64,000 nucleotides of DNA from positions 3,761-67,760 of the forward strand of contig CAZFZU010000006.1 in the NCBI GenBank assembly GCA_964523615.1. Direction: 5' to 3'. The stretch is from an uncultured Eubacteriales bacterium (GTDB lineage Bacteria; Acidobacteriota; Aminicenantia; Aminicenantales; Saccharicenantaceae). Below, in pieces: positions 36,445 through 46,801 of this stretch (position 1 is its first letter; every line of letters begins with the position of its first letter). A model generated the notes under the pieces. The model was not told the origin of the DNA, searched no databases, and saw only the letters and a program-made list of their open reading frames with translations. Both the position numbers and the translations under genes were made by a program.

Positions 36445-37934
36445 GCTTCGAGGATGTCCCGGAACCGCCGGTAGGCCGCGTCCCAGGCGGCGGTCGGGCC
36501 AGAGGGTTCGTAGAGCGACGGCGCGAAGGACTCGCGGACGATGCGCCGGATCTCCGCCGGCGAATCGACCAACCCCAAGGCCATGGCCTGGACGAGGATG
36601 TTGCCGACGGCCGTGGCCTCGGCCGGGCCGGCTACGACGGGCAGGCCGGAGGCCTCGGCCGTCAGCCGGCACAGGAGCGCGTTGCGCGAGCCGCCGCCGA
36701 TGATGTGGACGCGGTCGATGGGGTGGCCGAGGACGTCCCGGAGCTGGTCGAGAACGGTGCGGTATTTCAAGGCCAGGCTCTCCAGGACGGCCCGGACCGT
36801 GGCGGCTTTGGTCGAAGGCGGCGTCTGCCCGGTCCGCCGGCAGTAGGCGGCCACGGCCTCGGGCATGTCCGGCGGATTGAGGAAGAGGGGATCGTCCGGA
36901 TCGATGAGCGCGGCGAACCGGGGGGCGGTCTCGGCGGCGGCGGCGAGCTCCTCGTAGGTGGCCTGGTCGCCGGCCGCTGCCCAGGCCTTGCGGCAGCCCT
37001 GCAGGAGCCACAGCCCGGTGACGTTCTTGAGGAAGCGGACGGCCCCGCCGACGCCGCCCTCGTTCGTGAAATTGGCCGCCAGGGAGGCCGGTGAGATGAC
37101 CGGGGCCGGCGCTTCGACGCCGACGAGGGACCAGGTGCCCGAGGAGATGTAGGCCCAGCGCCCGCCCTCGGCCGGCACTGCGGCCACGGCCGAGGCCGTG
37201 TCGTGGCTGGCCGTCAGGACGACGGGCACGTCGCGGAGGCCCGTTTCGCCGATGACCGCGTCGGAGAGGGGCCCCAGCACGGTACCCGGCTCCGCGACAG
37301 GCCGCAGGATCGGGCGCGAGAAGCCCATGGCCTGGAACAGGCCCGGGACCCAGGTCCGCGTCCGCGGATCGAGCATCTGCGAGGTCGAAGCGATGGTGGC
37401 TTCGGCCGCCTTCCGGCCGGTCAGGAGATAGAGGAACAGGTCCGGCATGAACAGGAGGTCGGTCGCGGCCTCGAGCTGGGGAGCCCGGTCGCGGACCATG
37501 GCGTAGAGCTGGAACAGGGTGTTGAAGGGCATGAACTGGATGCCCGTCGCCTCGTACAGATCGGTCCGGGGCACGAGCTTGAGATAGTCCTCCATGGCCC
37601 CGGCGTTGCGGACGTCGCGGTAGCAGAACGGCAGGCCGAGGAGGCGGCCGTCGGCGGCCAGGAGGCCGAAATCGACGCCCCAGGTGTCGACCGAGAGACT
37701 GTCGGGACGGACCCCCGTCGCGGCCGCGGCGTCGCGCATGGCCGCCTTCATCTCGTCGAGCAGGGCGTAGACGTTCCAATGGATGTGGCCGGAGAGCGTC
37801 AGGGGGGTGTTGGGGAAGCGGCGGACCTCGTGGACCGAGAGGCGGCCGCCGGCGAGCTCGCCGAGGACGGCCCGGCCGCTCTCGGCGCCGAGGTCGAAGG
37901 CCAGGATGCGGGCGGTGTTCGGGGATCGGGCCAT
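36441..37934 (-). CDS. rhaB: Rhamnulokinase (FGGY family)
   Basis: AFDLGAESGR, DTWGVDF, YRD.R, ASHDTASA, SSGTWSL, GGGSRN, EATAVGN. Confidence 0.93.
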   Translation of the reverse strand: MARSPNTARILAFDLGAESGRAVLGELAGGRLSVHEVRRFPNTPLTLSGHIHWNVYALLDEMKAAMRDAAAATGVRPDSLSVDTWGVDFGLLAADGRLLGLPFCYRDVRNAGAMEDYLKLVPRTDLYEATGIQFMPFNTLFQLYAMVRDRAPQLEAATDLLFMPDLFLYLLTGRKAAEATIASTSQMLDPRTRTWVPGLFQAMGFSRPILRPVAEPGTVLGPLSDAVIGETGLRDVPVVLTASHDTASAVAAVPAEGGRWAYISSGTWSLVGVEAPAPVISPASLAANFTNEGGVGGAVRFLKNVTGLWLLQGCRKAWAAAGDQATYEELAAAAETAPRFAALIDPDDPLFLNPPDMPEAVAAYCRRTGQTPPSTKAATVRAVLESLALKYRTVLDQLRDVLGHPIDRVHIIGGGSRNALLCRLTAEASGLPVVAGPAEATAVGNILVQAMALGLVDSPAEIRRIVRESFAPSLYEPSGPTAAWDAAYRRFRDILEA

Positions 37935-37954
37935 GCGTCGCTCTCGAGACCATG

Positions 37955-37983
37955 GTTATATGCGCAACGGGCCCGGTTTTCAA
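37955..37983 (-). promoter_or_regulatory. Promoter for rhaB
   Basis: TTGAAA-17 nt-TATAAC. Confidence 0.65.
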
Positions 37984-38063
37984 GTCCGGGAACGGGAGTT
38001 GGAAAAGCGTCGCCGATTCGGCTAGAATAACTCCCGGTCAACGCCCATCCCCGCCGAGGTGAC

Positions 38064-39383
38064 ATGCCGCTCGAAGACAAGCTCAAACAGCTCCGCCGCG
38101 AGCGCGAGGCCCGCGCCTCGCGCGCCCAGTCGGTCGAGAAGGCCTGGGAGAGGATCGACGGGGACGACGGCCTGAGCGTCAAGCAGAAGCTCGAGCGCCT
38201 CATCGCCCTGACCGACAAGGGCCGCGGCCCGGCGCCCCGGACCGAGGCGCGCCCGGTCGAGATCAGGCGCCGGGAGCCGGTCGAGGTCTTCGAGAACGCC
38301 TATGTCCTCGGGGCGAGCTACGGCCGGATCCCCATCTCCATGGGCCTGCAGGTGCCGGCCGATATCCTGGGCTTTCTCAGCCGGGAGGCGGCCTTCGAGG
38401 GCCTCGACTTGTCGACGGCGGTCTTCCTCGACCTCGAGACGACGGGCCTGGCCGGCGGCACGGGCACGGTCCCGTTCCTGGTCGGCCTGGCCTACTTCCG
38501 GGACGAGCGCTTCAAGGTCACGCAGTTCTTCCTCCACGACATGGCCGAAGAGGAGCGCCTCGTCCGCGAGCTCGGCGAGTTCGTCGGGGACATGGGCTTC
38601 AAGTCGGTCGTCACCTACAACGGCAAGGCCTACGACATGCCGCTCGTCGAGACGCGCTTCGCGATGCACCGGGCGGCCTGCCCCCTGCGCGGCCTGCCCC
38701 ACCTCGACTTCCTGTTCTCGGCCCGCAGCCTCTGGAAGCACAAGTACGACAGCTGCCGGCTCTTCACCCTGGCCCAGCAGATCTGCCAGGCCGAGAGGTC
38801 CGAGGACATCCCCGGGGCCGAGATCCCCGGGCGTTATTTCCAGTACATCCGCAACGGCGACTTTTCGCTCATCGAGCCCATCATCTACCACAACCAGGAG
38901 GACCTGCTGTCGCTCCTGGGCGTGGTCGTGGCCGGGGCCATCCTCGTCGAGCGCAACCGGGCCTCGGCCGCGCGCGGGGACGGCGACGCCATGGACCTCT
39001 TCGGCGTGGCCAAGCTGTTCGAGAAGGCGGGCGACACGACGAAGTCGGCCGCCCTGCTCGAGCAGGCCCTGGCCAGCGGCCGGGGCCTGACGGCGGAGGT
39101 GTCCCAGGTCGCGCGCAAGAAGCTCTCCCACCACTTCAAGAAGGCCAAGGACTGGGACAAGGCCCTGTCGTTCTGGCAGGAGGGGGCCTCGGGAGACGAG
39201 CTCGAGAGCTACCGCGAGATGGCCATGTACTACGAGCACCAGGCCAAGGACTTCGCCGAAGCCGCGCGCCTGGCCACCGAGGGCCTGGCCCTGGCCAAAG
39301 AGAAGCGGCAATTCGCGGCCGAGAAGGACTTCGAGAAGCGCCTCGGCCGCGTCAAGGCCAAGATGGCCAAGGGCGGGGGGTAG
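38064..39383 (+). CDS. RNase H-like DEDD exonuclease with TPR-like C-terminus (YprB/MrfB-like)
   Basis: FLDLETTGL, TYNGKAYD, HLDFL, YHNQEDL; helical-repeat tail. Confidence 0.85.
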   Translation: MPLEDKLKQLRREREARASRAQSVEKAWERIDGDDGLSVKQKLERLIALTDKGRGPAPRTEARPVEIRRREPVEVFENAYVLGASYGRIPISMGLQVPADILGFLSREAAFEGLDLSTAVFLDLETTGLAGGTGTVPFLVGLAYFRDERFKVTQFFLHDMAEEERLVRELGEFVGDMGFKSVVTYNGKAYDMPLVETRFAMHRAACPLRGLPHLDFLFSARSLWKHKYDSCRLFTLAQQICQAERSEDIPGAEIPGRYFQYIRNGDFSLIEPIIYHNQEDLLSLLGVVVAGAILVERNRASAARGDGDAMDLFGVAKLFEKAGDTTKSAALLEQALASGRGLTAEVSQVARKKLSHHFKKAKDWDKALSFWQEGASGDELESYREMAMYYEHQAKDFAEAARLATEGLALAKEKRQFAAEKDFEKRLGRVKAKMAKGGG

Positions 39384-39390
39384 GCGGACG

Positions 39391-40398
39391 ATGAAGGCCA
39401 TGGTCCTCGGCGCGAGCGGCCTGGTGGCCGGGCATCCGCTCGAGCTGAGGGACGCGCCCGTTCCCGAGATCGGCCCGGAAGATATCCTCATCAGGGTCCG
39501 CGCCTGCGGCGTCTGCCACACCGACCTCCACGCCGTCGAGGGGGAGCTCCCCGAGGCGAAGCTCCCCCTCGTCCCGGGGCACGAGGTCATTGGCGTCGTC
39601 GAGCGGGCGGGGGAGAGGGTCCGGAGATTCAAGGCCGGCGACCGGGTCGGCGCGGCCTGGCTGCGCTCGGCCTGCGGCGACTGCCGCTTCTGCCTGTGCG
39701 GCCGGGAGAACCTCTGCGAATCGGCCCGCTTCAACGGCTATCACGCCGACGGCGGCTACGCCGAGTTCATGGCCGTGCCCGAGCTGTTCGCTTACGCCGT
39801 TCCGGAGCGGTTCGGCGACGCGGAGGCCGCGCCGCTCATGTGCGCGGGGATCGTCGGATACCGGGCCTTGGCCCTGAGCGGTTTCGAGCGGGGAGGGACC
39901 CTCGGCCTCTACGGCTTCGGCGCCTCGGCCCACATCGCCCTCCAGGTCGCCAAACATCGGGGAGCGAAGGTGTTCGTCTTCTCGCGGGGCGAAGCGCACC
40001 GGAGGATGGCCTTGGACCTGGGCGCCGACTGGGCGGGGACGGCCCGGGACGCGCCGCCGGAGAAGCTGACCAACGCGATCATCTTCGCTCCCGTGGGCGC
40101 GCTTTACTTGGACGCCCTCCGCGTCCTCGACCGGGGCGGGACGGCGGCCTCGGCCGGCATCCACATGAGCCCCGTTCCGGAGCTGGACTACGACCGGCTC
40201 CTCTACCACGAGCGCCGCATGGTCAGCGTGGCCAACGCCACCCGGGCGGACGGCGAAGCGCTCTTGGCCCTCGCGGCCGAGATCCCCATCCGGACGAAAG
40301 TCCGGGTGTTCCCGCTGGAGGCGGCCAACGAGGCCCTGGCCCTGCTCAAGGCCGGGCAGATCGACGGCGCCGCCGTCTTGAAAATCGGCCCCGAATAG
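39391..40398 (+). CDS. Zinc-dependent alcohol dehydrogenase (MDR)
   Basis: CGVCHTDLH, GHE, CGDCRFC...NLC, LMCAG, GFGASA. Confidence 0.93.
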   Translation: MKAMVLGASGLVAGHPLELRDAPVPEIGPEDILIRVRACGVCHTDLHAVEGELPEAKLPLVPGHEVIGVVERAGERVRRFKAGDRVGAAWLRSACGDCRFCLCGRENLCESARFNGYHADGGYAEFMAVPELFAYAVPERFGDAEAAPLMCAGIVGYRALALSGFERGGTLGLYGFGASAHIALQVAKHRGAKVFVFSRGEAHRRMALDLGADWAGTARDAPPEKLTNAIIFAPVGALYLDALRVLDRGGTAASAGIHMSPVPELDYDRLLYHERRMVSVANATRADGEALLALAAEIPIRTKVRVFPLEAANEALALLKAGQIDGAAVLKIGPE

Positions 40399-40406
40399 GT
40401 TATAGT
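40378..40406 (+). promoter_or_regulatory. Promoter for tRNA-Arg
   Basis: TTGAAA-17 nt-TATAGT, overlapping the ADH 3' end. Confidence 0.7.
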
Positions 40407-40427
40407 AAACCCGCTTTTCCGCCCTGC

Positions 40428-40487
40428 GCGCCCGTAGCTCAGTTGGATAGAGCGTCTGACTACGAATCAGCAGGTCGGGTGTTCGAG

Positions 40488-40501
<14 letters not shown>
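40428..40501 (+). tRNA. tRNA-Arg (ACG), no encoded CCA
   Basis: Acceptor GCGCCCG/CGGGCGC, D arm GCTC/GAGC, anticodon loop CT-ACG-AA, T arm GGGTG-TTCGAGT-CACCC; U27-C43 mismatch. Confidence 0.95.
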
Positions 40502-41882
<1,381 letters not shown>

Positions 41883-41911
41883 GAGGGGACTCCTTTGCGC
41901 GCCGGCGCCGG

Positions 41912-42601
41912 CTACCGGGGCGGCTCGGCCGGCCGTTCGACGAGCCAATGGCGGACGAACCGGTAGGGGATGTTGAGGGCCGGGACGCAGAGCAGGATGA
42001 CGATGACGATGTCCAGGCGGTTAGCGACGGCGAAGCCGAAGACGCCGAGGTAGACGAGGCCCCGGAAATCTCCGCTCGCCCCCGAGCCCGTCTGGACCTT
42101 CTTGTACTCGCGTTCGAGATAGTAGAGGACCATCTGGAGCATGTAGGCGGCCAGGCCGAACAGGCTCAGGAAATAGAAGCCCAGCCGGCCCGATTGGATG
42201 TAATAGCCGGTGACCATGGCCCCGAGGACGAAGAAATCGGTGATCCGGTCGAGATAGAGGTCGAGGTAGGCCCCGAACCGGGTGCACATGTCCCGCGACC
42301 GGGCCAGCATGCCGTCGGCCCCGTCGAACAGGGTGCCGGCGTAGATGAGCAGGCCCGCGGCGATGAAGCTCCGATGGGTGCCGCCGAGGAAGGCCGCGGC
42401 GCCGGCCAGGCTCAGGACGAAAGCCGCCACGGTCAGGTGGTTCGGACGGAGCTTCAGGCGCATGGCCGCCCGGACGATGAGGGCGGCGACGGGGCGGTTG
42501 ACGAGCCGGTCGGCTTGGACGATCCGGGGCAGACGGGCGGGCAGGGGCGGCTTGAGGGCCGCTTCCAGGTCGAAGGCGTTCTTGTCCTCGGACGTTTCCA
42601 T
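41912..42601 (-). CDS. CDP-alcohol phosphotransferase family protein
   Basis: PNHLT; DGADGMLAR.....RFGAYLDLYLD signature. Confidence 0.92.
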   Translation of the reverse strand: METSEDKNAFDLEAALKPPLPARLPRIVQADRLVNRPVAALIVRAAMRLKLRPNHLTVAAFVLSLAGAAAFLGGTHRSFIAAGLLIYAGTLFDGADGMLARSRDMCTRFGAYLDLYLDRITDFFVLGAMVTGYYIQSGRLGFYFLSLFGLAAYMLQMVLYYLEREYKKVQTGSGASGDFRGLVYLGVFGFAVANRLDIVIVILLCVPALNIPYRFVRHWLVERPAEPPR

Positions 42602-42658
42602 GTTCGAGCTCTTCGCGATGAGGTCGAGGCGTTCGAGCCCCGCGAACGACGAAGGACG

Positions 42659-42728
42659 ATTCTAAGCCCCGCGGCAGGCGGTGTCAACTTTCCGGCGGCT
42701 TGCCGGTATCCCGCCTCTCTCTTATAAT
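42659..42728. promoter_or_regulatory. Back-to-back divergent promoters of the inositol module
   Basis: Minus strand: TTGACA(42687-42682)-17-TAGAAT(42664-42659). Plus strand: TTGCCG(42700-42705)-17-TATAAT(42723-42728). Confidence 0.75.
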
Positions 42729-42735
42729 GAGCCCC

Positions 42736-43524
42736 ATGCGCCATCCCCTTACGCCCGCGAGGGCTTCGCTGAGCCCTTGGTCCCCGGCCCGTTGGGGCAA
42801 GGGCTTGGCCCGCCTCAATTTCCGGCGGGCCGGCGAATGCGCCGCCGTGCTCCGGTGGCTCGAGGCCGGGGCGGGGGAGCGGGTCCTCGATATCGGCAGT
42901 GGCGACGGCTATTACGACTGGCGCGTCAGCCGCTCGGGCGCCCGCGTCACCGGGATCGACCTCCACGAGAAGCGACTGGCCTTCGCCCGCCGGCATTACG
43001 CTGACGAACGAACGGAGTTCCTGACCATGGACGCCGAGCGGGCCGACTTCCCGCCCGGCTCGTTCGACAAGGCCATGAGCCTCTGCGTCATGGAGCATCT
43101 CGGCGACGACGAGAAGGTCCTGCGGAACGTGGCCCGGGCCCTCGTGCCGGGCGGGCGGTTCGTCTTCTCGGCCGACAGTCTGTCGAATCCCGGGCTCGGG
43201 CCCCATGAGAGGGAGCGGCACCGCGCCCGGTACGCCGTGCGGACGTTCTACACGCCGGAGGTCGTGCGGGCCAAGCTCGACCGGGCCGGTTTCGAGGTCG
43301 AGGCGACGGGCTTCGTCATGGACACGGCCTTCGACCTGGCCTTCGTCCGGATGTCCTGGGCCCTCGACCGGCTCCCGGGCCTCCTCGTCCCCGCCCGCGT
43401 GATCGGCTATCTCCTGCTCGGCGCCGCTTGGTCCGCGGTCACCGCCGCCCGGGGCCGGACGCTGCCGTCGGACGCGCCGGGCGGCCTGACCATCGTCGTC
43501 CGGGCCAGAAAGAAAAGCGCGTGA
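42736..43524 (+). CDS. Class I SAM-dependent methyltransferase
   Basis: VLDIGSGDG, GIDL, MDAE..DF..GSFD; start uncertain (42727 or 42736). Confidence 0.88.
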   Translation: MRHPLTPARASLSPWSPARWGKGLARLNFRRAGECAAVLRWLEAGAGERVLDIGSGDGYYDWRVSRSGARVTGIDLHEKRLAFARRHYADERTEFLTMDAERADFPPGSFDKAMSLCVMEHLGDDEKVLRNVARALVPGGRFVFSADSLSNPGLGPHERERHRARYAVRTFYTPEVVRAKLDRAGFEVEATGFVMDTAFDLAFVRMSWALDRLPGLLVPARVIGYLLLGAAWSAVTAARGRTLPSDAPGGLTIVVRARKKSA

Positions 43525-45272
43525 CGCCTCCCGAGACCTGCGTCATCATCGCCGCCGGCCGCGGCAGCCGCCTGGCCGGGCGCGCGGCGAGCAAGCCCCT
43601 GCTCGAGGTCGCCGGCCGGCCTCTCATCGACCGGGCCATCGACGCGGCCCGCCGCGCCGGGGTCCGCCGGTTCGTCGTCGTGACCGGATACGAAGCGGCG
43701 GCGGTCGAGGCCCACCTGGCCGCTCGCGCGGCGGCCGAAGGCCTGGCCATCGAGACGCTCCGGAACGACGAGTGGGAGAAGGACAACGGGCTCTCGGTCC
43801 TCAAGGCCCGCGGCCGGGCCGGCGAGCGCTTCTTCCTGCTCATGGCCGACCATGTCGTCGACCCGGGCCTGCTCGCCGGGCTGGCCGCGGGGGGCGGCGA
43901 CGCCGGGGGGATCGTCCTGGCCGTCGACCGGCGCGTCGAAGGCCATCCTCACGTCGACCTCGACGACGTCACCCGGGTCCGCGTCGAGGGCGGCCGCATC
44001 GCGGAGATCGGCAAGCGCATCGACGTTTTCAACGCCTTCGACACCGGGGTCTTCCTCTGCACGCCGGGCCTCTTCGAGGCCCTCGAGGAGAGCCAGGCCC
44101 GCGGCGACTTCACTCTGTCCGGAGGCGTCCGCGCCCTCGCCGCGAGGGGCCGGGCCCGGACCTGGGATGCCGGCGCCCTGTTCTGGATCGACGTCGATGA
44201 CGAGGCCGCGCTGGCGAAAGCCGAGGCGGCCGTCGCCGCCGGGCTGGCCGGACCGGCCGGCGGGGATCCGGCCTGCCGGCCGCGGCGGCCGATCGGACCG
44301 GCCCGGCTCCTCTTCTGCGCGGCCGGCTTCCTGCTCCTCGTCTACCTGGTTTGGCGGATCGGTTTCGAGGCCGCCCTCGCCCAGGTCGCCCGGTTCGGCC
44401 CCTGGTTCCTGGCGATCACCGCGATCTCTTTCGGCTGGCTCTTCCTCCAGGCCTGCGCCTGGTCCCTCATCCAGGCCGCCCACTTCCGGCGGGTCCCGCT
44501 CTCGAGCCTGTTCCGGGCCAAGATCATCGGCGACACGCTCAACGCCCTCATCCCCACGGCCAGCGTCGGCGGCGACGCCGCGCGGGCTTTCCTGGTCCGG
44601 CGCCACGCGCCGCTCGAGGAGGCCATCCCGGGCGTGCTCGTCGACAAGACCGTCGAGTTCGCCGCGGGCAGCCTGTTCCTGGCGACCGGTTTCCTGCTCA
44701 GCCTGCTCTTCGTCGACCTGCCCGGCTGGATGGACGCCGTCGCGGCGGCCTGCCTCGCCGGAATGGCTTTCGGGGTGGCGGCCCTGGTCCTGCTTCAGAA
44801 AAAGGGAGCGGCCTGGACCCTCGACCGGCTGGGCCGGTTGGTCCCCGGCGTCCGCCGGTTCGTCGCGAGGAAGGAGGACGGCGTCCGGGCCCTCGACCGC
44901 AATCTCCGCCTCGTCTGCGGCCGCCTCGACGCCCGGACGGGCGCCGCGGCCGCCCTGCACTTCGCGGCCCGGGTCCTCGGCGCCGGCGAGGTCCTCATCG
45001 TCATGAGGGTCCTCGGATCGCCCGTGCCCTTCATCGAGGCGGTCTTCATCGCGGCCGGCGTCAGCATCGTCAACACGGCCCTGTTCGTCGTGCCCGGGCA
45101 TCTGGGCGTCATGGAGAGCGCCCACGTCCTCATCCTGCGGAGCCTGGGCTTCGCGGCGGAGACCGGGCTCGGCGTGGGCCTCATCCGGCGGCTCCGCAAG
45201 ATAGCGACGATGGCGGCGGGCCTGGCGCTGCTCTCGCTGGACAAGGGATATCGGTCCAAGGGGGGAACATGA
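43521..45272 (+). CDS. Nucleotidyltransferase (IPCT/LicC-like) fused to a lysylphosphatidylglycerol-synthase-TM/flippase-like domain
   Basis: GTGA overlap; IIAAGRGSRL...KPL, NDEWEKDNGLS, MADH, DTG.F, WIDVDD; then a multi-TM region with N.LIPTASVGGD and PGHLGVME; no internal stop. Confidence 0.8.
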   Translation: MTPPETCVIIAAGRGSRLAGRAASKPLLEVAGRPLIDRAIDAARRAGVRRFVVVTGYEAAAVEAHLAARAAAEGLAIETLRNDEWEKDNGLSVLKARGRAGERFFLLMADHVVDPGLLAGLAAGGGDAGGIVLAVDRRVEGHPHVDLDDVTRVRVEGGRIAEIGKRIDVFNAFDTGVFLCTPGLFEALEESQARGDFTLSGGVRALAARGRARTWDAGALFWIDVDDEAALAKAEAAVAAGLAGPAGGDPACRPRRPIGPARLLFCAAGFLLLVYLVWRIGFEAALAQVARFGPWFLAITAISFGWLFLQACAWSLIQAAHFRRVPLSSLFRAKIIGDTLNALIPTASVGGDAARAFLVRRHAPLEEAIPGVLVDKTVEFAAGSLFLATGFLLSLLFVDLPGWMDAVAAACLAGMAFGVAALVLLQKKGAAWTLDRLGRLVPGVRRFVARKEDGVRALDRNLRLVCGRLDARTGAAAALHFAARVLGAGEVLIVMRVLGSPVPFIEAVFIAAGVSIVNTALFVVPGHLGVMESAHVLILRSLGFAAETGLGVGLIRRLRKIATMAAGLALLSLDKGYRSKGGT

Positions 45273-46801
45273 AGATCGGCGGGCGTTCGGTCCGCGAAGA
45301 CCGGGACACGACGGAGGTTTCGGCGATCGTCGACGGTTACCGCCTGTGGTACCGGGTGCCGCGATCGTACGCCGTCACCGATTCGGCCGATCCCTTCCTC
45401 GCGGCGGCCCTGTTCCCGGCCATGAGGCTGGGGCGGAAGATCGAGGTCGATCCGGCTCTGTCGGTGTCGCCGCGGCTGCTCGAGAACCTCCGCGCCCTTC
45501 AGGAGATCCATCACGTCTGGAATCCCCAGCTTCGGATCGTCCCCATCGAGGCCAGGACCGCGCCGGGCCGGGCCCTGCGCGACGGGGTCCTGTCCTTCTT
45601 CTCGGGCGGGGTCGACAGCTTGTACACGTTCCTGAAGCGCCAGGAAGAACTGACGCATCTCGTCCATATCCAGGGCTTCGATTTTTCCGCGGAGAGCGGG
45701 GACTCCGGGGCCTTGATCGCGGCGGACCTGACCGACCTGTCGCAGCTCGCCTTCAAGCTTCTGGCGCCGGCCAACGCGGTCCGGGCGTTCCTGAGATCCC
45801 GGCTGTCGCCGAAGACCCTGTCGGACTTGGCCGAATACCGGCGATCGGGGGAGGTCCCCGAGGGCCTGGAAGAGGCTCTGGCCGGGGACCTGAACAGGGT
45901 CCTGACGGAGGGGCCGATCTGGCAGGACCGGCGTTTCGCCGGGATCGCCCTCCGGCCGGAGACCCGGGAACTCCTGGCGGCGGGGCCGCCTCCCGAAGAC
46001 ACGGTCCGGCTCAACCGGCGACTTCTCGAAGACGCTTTTCCTCTGGAGATCTCGCGTCCGCGCGGCCGGTCCTTCGACATCGCCGTCGACCGGAACACCC
46101 GGTTCGTCGAGAACGCCGGGAAGACCCTGGTCCCGGTGGCGACGAATTATTTCTCCTTCGGCTACCGCTACAACTTGAGCCGGACCCTGACGCAGGGGAA
46201 TTCTTTGGCTTGCGTCGCCCTGCTCCTGGGATTCCCGCGCGTCTATATCCCGGGCGCCTATTCCTACGGCCAACTCATCCCCCTGGGGTCCCATCCGCTG
46301 ACGGACCCTCTCTGGTCGAACGGGAGCGTCGCGATCGTCCACGACGGGGCCGAGGTCCAACGGGTGGACAAGGTCGTCAAGATCGCCCGGAACAGGGATG
46401 CCCTGGCGAATCTGAGGGTCTGTTTCACCGATATGAACGTCAATTGCGGCCGGTGCTCCAAATGCCTGCGGACGATGATCCCGCTGGCCCTGCTCGACGC
46501 TCAGGCGCCCCCCTTTCCCCCCCTGCCTTCGCTCCGGAAGATCCGCCGGATGCGCCTGGCCAACGAGAACGAGCGGAAGTACTTCAAGGAGAATTTCGAC
46601 GCGTCTTTGGGCGCCGCGCGGCCGGAGCTCAGGCGCGCGCTGAGTTCCGTCCTCAGGCGGTACGAGCGGCGCCGGCTGCTCGAGGACATCGACGCCCAGC
46701 TGCTCGGCGGCTGGGTCAGGAAGGCCTACCGGCGGATCTTCGCGTCGGGCGAGCGACACGTCCGGATCGGCGCGACGCCGCCTGATGGCGGCACCCTATA
46801 G
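45269..46801 (+). CDS. PP-loop (adenine nucleotide alpha-hydrolase) protein with CGxCxKC motif and ~125-aa insertion
   Basis: ATGA overlap; FFSGGVDS; GSHP.TDPLWS; NCGRCSKCLRT. Confidence 0.7.
   Translation: MKIGGRSVREDRDTTEVSAIVDGYRLWYRVPRSYAVTDSADPFLAAALFPAMRLGRKIEVDPALSVSPRLLENLRALQEIHHVWNPQLRIVPIEARTAPGRALRDGVLSFFSGGVDSLYTFLKRQEELTHLVHIQGFDFSAESGDSGALIAADLTDLSQLAFKLLAPANAVRAFLRSRLSPKTLSDLAEYRRSGEVPEGLEEALAGDLNRVLTEGPIWQDRRFAGIALRPETRELLAAGPPPEDTVRLNRRLLEDAFPLEISRPRGRSFDIAVDRNTRFVENAGKTLVPVATNYFSFGYRYNLSRTLTQGNSLACVALLLGFPRVYIPGAYSYGQLIPLGSHPLTDPLWSNGSVAIVHDGAEVQRVDKVVKIARNRDALANLRVCFTDMNVNCGRCSKCLRTMIPLALLDAQAPPFPPLPSLRKIRRMRLANENERKYFKENFDASLGAARPELRRALSSVLRRYERRRLLEDIDAQLLGGWVRKAYRRIFASGERHVRIGATPPDGGTL

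Noticed and set aside
35122-37983. 953-aa ORF suggesting a RhaA fusion
   Set aside because: The N-terminal 532 codons overlap rhaB in another frame. rhaA has its own promoter, RBS and ATG at 36387.
45269-46801. Calling the PP-loop protein queC
   Set aside because: It is much larger, has an extra N-terminal domain, and has no que neighbours.
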